A DNA stretch of 64,000 nt from an uncultured Dorea sp. Lineage in GTDB: Bacteria > Bacillota > Clostridia > Lachnospirales > Lachnospiraceae. The notes beneath the pieces are model-generated. The model saw only the letters and a list, made by a program, of their open reading frames with translations. It had not been told where the DNA came from and ran no database searches. Position numbers and translations under genes: made by a program. The DNA lies in assembly GCA_910588745.1 (NCBI GenBank), contig CAJURK010000003.1, positions 11,660-75,659 on the forward strand, given 5' to 3'. Each line of letters begins with the position of its first letter. Within the stretch, counting starts at the first letter, position 1. This document shows positions 61,245 to 64,000 of the stretch, piece after piece.

Positions 61245-63671
61245 CTATTTTACAAAAGGCCGATCGGTCTTTCCGGGCGCTGCCCCGCCCTTTTCAACCA
61301 ATACAATTTCAATTGCCTCCAATCGCTTCGCCAGTCCTTCTGTTCCGGCGTTTTCACCGTTTTTCGCCCAGTCAAGCCAGTCATATGTCTGCGCATGAAC
61401 GCGGTAATATATATCGTACTTCGCTTCCATCTCGCCGGTAAGCTTGATTTGAATCGCCTCCAGACGTTTCGCCTGGCCTTCCGTTCCGCTGACACTGCCG
61501 CCCGTTACCCAGTCCTGCCAGCCATACGTCTGTACATGAGTCTTATACTGCAGAAACTGATTTTTGGAACTGTCAGCCAGATTAATCCGGATTCCTTCCA
61601 GACGCTTTGCCTGACCGGTGGTTCCGCTGGCTCCTCCATCATAAACATAACCGCCCCATCCATAGGTCTGCACATGGGTAGTATATTGAATCTTTGCCTG
61701 CCTGCAGGCGCCGGATACGTCCCCGGGAGCTGCTCCCCCCTTTGCTACAAGCTTAATTTCAACGGCTTCCAGACGTTTTGCATAATCCATCGTACCTGCC
61801 GTCTCCCCGTTCTTTGCCCAGCCGAGCCAGCCGAAAGTCTGGCAGTAAGTCCGGTAATAAATATCGTATTTCTGGGCAAGCTCCCCGGTCAGCTTCATCT
61901 GAACCGCTTCTAAACGTTTGCCGCTGCCGGCAAGCCCAGCCGCTTCCATATCCTGCTTCTCTCCGGTCCAGCCATAACTCTGCATATAAGTGTTATACAC
62001 AACATCTCCGGAATAATCCGCGTCCGTAATATCTACCTTCAGACCCTCCAAAAGTCTTGCCTGATTCATAGTTCCGCTGGATGCCCCGTCTGTTACCGCC
62101 GAAAGCCAGCCGATTCCATTTGCATAAGTCTGGTATGTCACAGCCATCGGCTTCTTTACAAATGGTTTATCTGTCTTTCCAGGCGCTGCCGCCGATTTCG
62201 GCAGCACCGCGATCTGAATTGCCTCCAGACGTTTCGCGTATCCCTGGGTACCCGCCGCCTGGCCGTTCTTTGCCCAATCCAGCCAGCCATAGGTCTGGCT
62301 GTGAACTCGGTAATAGATATCATACTTCGAGGCTTCTGAACCGGTCAGTTCAATTTTAAGCGCCTCCACCCGCTTGCTTTCCCCGGTAGTTCCCGCAAGC
62401 TGCCCGGAAGTTACATAGTCCATCCAGCCGTGAGACTGAACATGCGCCGAATACCGCACGCCCAAATCCCCATATCCCTGGCCTACATTAATTTTAAAAG
62501 CTTCCATTCGTTTGGCATATCCGGTCACGCCGGTCTGGTAGCCGTTCGGCACTACATCCTGCCAACCAAAAGTCTGCATATGAGAAGTGTAACTAATGAT
62601 ACCCGAATCCTGCACCTGCACCGGCTCCACATCGTCGGTCTTTACCATCCAGAAATTCAAATCAACGTCTCCTGATATGCCGTTCACCCTTCCTTTACTT
62701 GTGCATTGCCACATATCATATTTTCCATTGTAAGTACACTTGTTATTCCACTGCGCTATCCATTTTGACCAGGAACTATTTTGGAATACCGAACCCGTCA
62801 GGTAATTATTCCACCAGCTCAGACTGGAATAAATACCTACGCGGTACCCTGCCGCCGCAACCTTATCGCAGAATACCTGCGTCATCTTTGCAATCATATC
62901 TACGCCGGCGTCAAAAACATCGTCATCCTCCAAATCATAGTATACCGGAAGCGACGGATAATGTCCTTTGAGCAAACGCAGCACATGGTCTGCCTCGCTC
63001 TGCGCATAACTGATACTGTCCGCATAGGAATACAGATACACACCGTAAGGAATCCCCAGCCGCTCGCATTCCGATACATTATATTGCCAGTACTTATCAT
63101 CATATTTCGTCTTATCACTTCCGTATCCGCACCGGATAATTGCAAATTCAATGCCGTCTGCCTTTGCCTTCGCCCAGTCGATCTTTCCGTTCCACTCGCT
63201 AACGTCCATTCCCTTCTTCTCAGCCCCAATAATGACCGAGCCATCGCTGCTGATATAACGGCCGTTTACTTTCTGCCACGCATTAGCCACGGCCCGTGAA
63301 TATGCGCGCTGCGTAGTTACCGCAGGTTCTCCGTCCATATAACGGAAACTATTAGCTTTCAGCTCTTTTTCCTCTTCCGGTTCTTTTTCTTTTGATACTT
63401 CCTCTGGCGAATCTGACGGTTCTGTCTGCGCATATGACGCTCCCGGCATCCCTTCCGTTTCTCCGGCGGTTTCTTCCCTCACATCCTGTCCTTCTTCCAC
63501 TGTCTCTTCCGGCGTTTGGCCTTCATCGCCTGTCGCAATCTCTTCCTGCACAATCTCTTCCGCTTCTTCAATCTCCGCGGCCAAACTCACCGATGCATCT
63601 GCAAAGCTACCGCAAAGAATCAGAGCAATTGCAAGGAATCCTGCCCCATAACGCTTCATTTTTTTAATCAT
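61245..63671 (-). CDS. Secreted GH25 muramidase (lysozyme) with C-terminal ChW repeats
   Basis: 808 aa. Signal peptide MIKKMKRYGAGFLAIALILCGSFADA. The GH25 block is GMDVSEWNGKIDWAKAKADGIEFAIIRCGYG...GIPYGVYLYSYA...GDVDLNFW. About 9 ChW repeats follow. Confidence 0.85.
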   Translation of the reverse strand: MIKKMKRYGAGFLAIALILCGSFADASVSLAAEIEEAEEIVQEEIATGDEGQTPEETVEEGQDVREETAGETEGMPGASYAQTEPSDSPEEVSKEKEPEEEKELKANSFRYMDGEPAVTTQRAYSRAVANAWQKVNGRYISSDGSVIIGAEKKGMDVSEWNGKIDWAKAKADGIEFAIIRCGYGSDKTKYDDKYWQYNVSECERLGIPYGVYLYSYADSISYAQSEADHVLRLLKGHYPSLPVYYDLEDDDVFDAGVDMIAKMTQVFCDKVAAAGYRVGIYSSLSWWNNYLTGSVFQNSSWSKWIAQWNNKCTYNGKYDMWQCTSKGRVNGISGDVDLNFWMVKTDDVEPVQVQDSGIISYTSHMQTFGWQDVVPNGYQTGVTGYAKRMEAFKINVGQGYGDLGVRYSAHVQSHGWMDYVTSGQLAGTTGESKRVEALKIELTGSEASKYDIYYRVHSQTYGWLDWAKNGQAAGTQGYAKRLEAIQIAVLPKSAAAPGKTDKPFVKKPMAVTYQTYANGIGWLSAVTDGASSGTMNQARLLEGLKVDITDADYSGDVVYNTYMQSYGWTGEKQDMEAAGLAGSGKRLEAVQMKLTGELAQKYDIYYRTYCQTFGWLGWAKNGETAGTMDYAKRLEAVEIKLVAKGGAAPGDVSGACRQAKIQYTTHVQTYGWGGYVYDGGASGTTGQAKRLEGIRINLADSSKNQFLQYKTHVQTYGWQDWVTGGSVSGTEGQAKRLEAIQIKLTGEMEAKYDIYYRVHAQTYDWLDWAKNGENAGTEGLAKRLEAIEIVLVEKGGAAPGKTDRPFVK

Positions 63672-63710
63672 ATTATTCCCCTTATCTATATTATTTTAAG
63701 ATCCACATTC

Positions 63711-64000
63711 TTATTTTTTCAGGTGTTCTTCTGTTCCTCCCGGAGCCTCTCCTCCTTTGTCAACCAGCACGATCTGAATCGCCTCCAGGCGCTTATTTAA
63801 CCCTTCTGTACCTGCAGCCTCACCGTTCTTTGCCCAGTCAAGCCATCCATAAGTCTGGCAGTAAGCCCGGTAATAAACATCGTAATACTTTTCCATCTGG
63901 CCGGAAAGCTGAATCTGAATTGCCTCTATCGCCTTCTTCTGTCCGGTAGTCCCAGCCGTCGCCCCGTTATTTACAAAATTGCGCCAGCCTTCTCCCTGTA
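63711..64000 (-). CDS. C-terminal end of a further ChW-repeat protein (5' part lies outside the window)
   Basis: The frame is open to the window edge. It reads ...EKYYDVYYRAYCQTYGWLDWAKNGEAAGTEGLNKRLEAIQIVLVDKGGEAPG, and upstream codons continue the ChW pattern. Confidence 0.75.
   Translation of the reverse strand, partial: QGEGWRNFVNNGATAGTTGQKKAIEAIQIQLSGQMEKYYDVYYRAYCQTYGWLDWAKNGEAAGTEGLNKRLEAIQIVLVDKGGEAPGGTEEHLKK

Overview
All supportable genes in this 64 kb window lie on the minus strand. Together they form one very large cell-envelope glycopolymer locus of a Gram-positive anaerobe. I infer Clostridia, probably Lachnospiraceae or Ruminococcus-like, from the many ChW (clostridial hydrophobic W) repeat proteins and from Firmicutes-type RBS and promoter signals. 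In transcription order (right to left):

- **61.2-64.0, 59.1-61.1, 54.1-56.2 and 47.6-51.9 kb:** secreted ChW-repeat wall enzymes. These are a GH25 muramidase, a transglutaminase-like peptidase, an L,D-transpeptidase and a GH78 rhamnosidase. Interspersed are a decayed MBOAT/DHHW O-acylation module (56.4-59.1 kb) and an LtaS/GacH-like phosphotransferase (52.0-53.9 kb).
- **28.4-47.3 kb:** a Wzx-type side-chain block starting from a strong sigma-A-like promoter. It encodes wzx, ugd, a GT61-like protein, MBOAT plus DHHW, several GT2s, a split CDP-alditol pathway plus LicD, a GT8, a GtrB-like/DUF2304/DUF2142 extracytoplasmic glycosylation set, and an acyltransferase-3.
- **19.3-28.4 kb:** an ABC-transporter (Wzm/Wzt, TagGH-like) block with giant multi-domain glycosyltransferases.
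- **13.0-18.7 kb:** a Dlt-like operon (adenylating enzyme, PLP decarboxylase, carrier protein, MBOAT, DltD-like protein) coupled to a MerR-methyltransferase fusion.
- **9.6-11.7 kb:** a ChW-M23 peptidase.
- **7.4-9.3 kb:** an AT-rich, self-contained AAA-ATPase plus RloB-like (AbiL-like) pair.
- **0-7.3 kb:** rfbA-rfbB-rfbD-rfbC (dTDP-rhamnose), two GT2 genes, and the 5' part of the initiating polyprenyl-phosphate sugar transferase.

No tRNA, rRNA, CRISPR array, transposase or integrase was recognised. The candidates I consider most novel are:

1. The decarboxylase-containing Dlt-like pathway.
2. The co-localisation of six ChW-anchored wall enzymes, including a rhamnosidase, with a rhamnose polysaccharide locus.

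All functional calls come from motif recognition by eye. No database search was run. CDS coordinates include the stop codon, as in the supplied ORF track.
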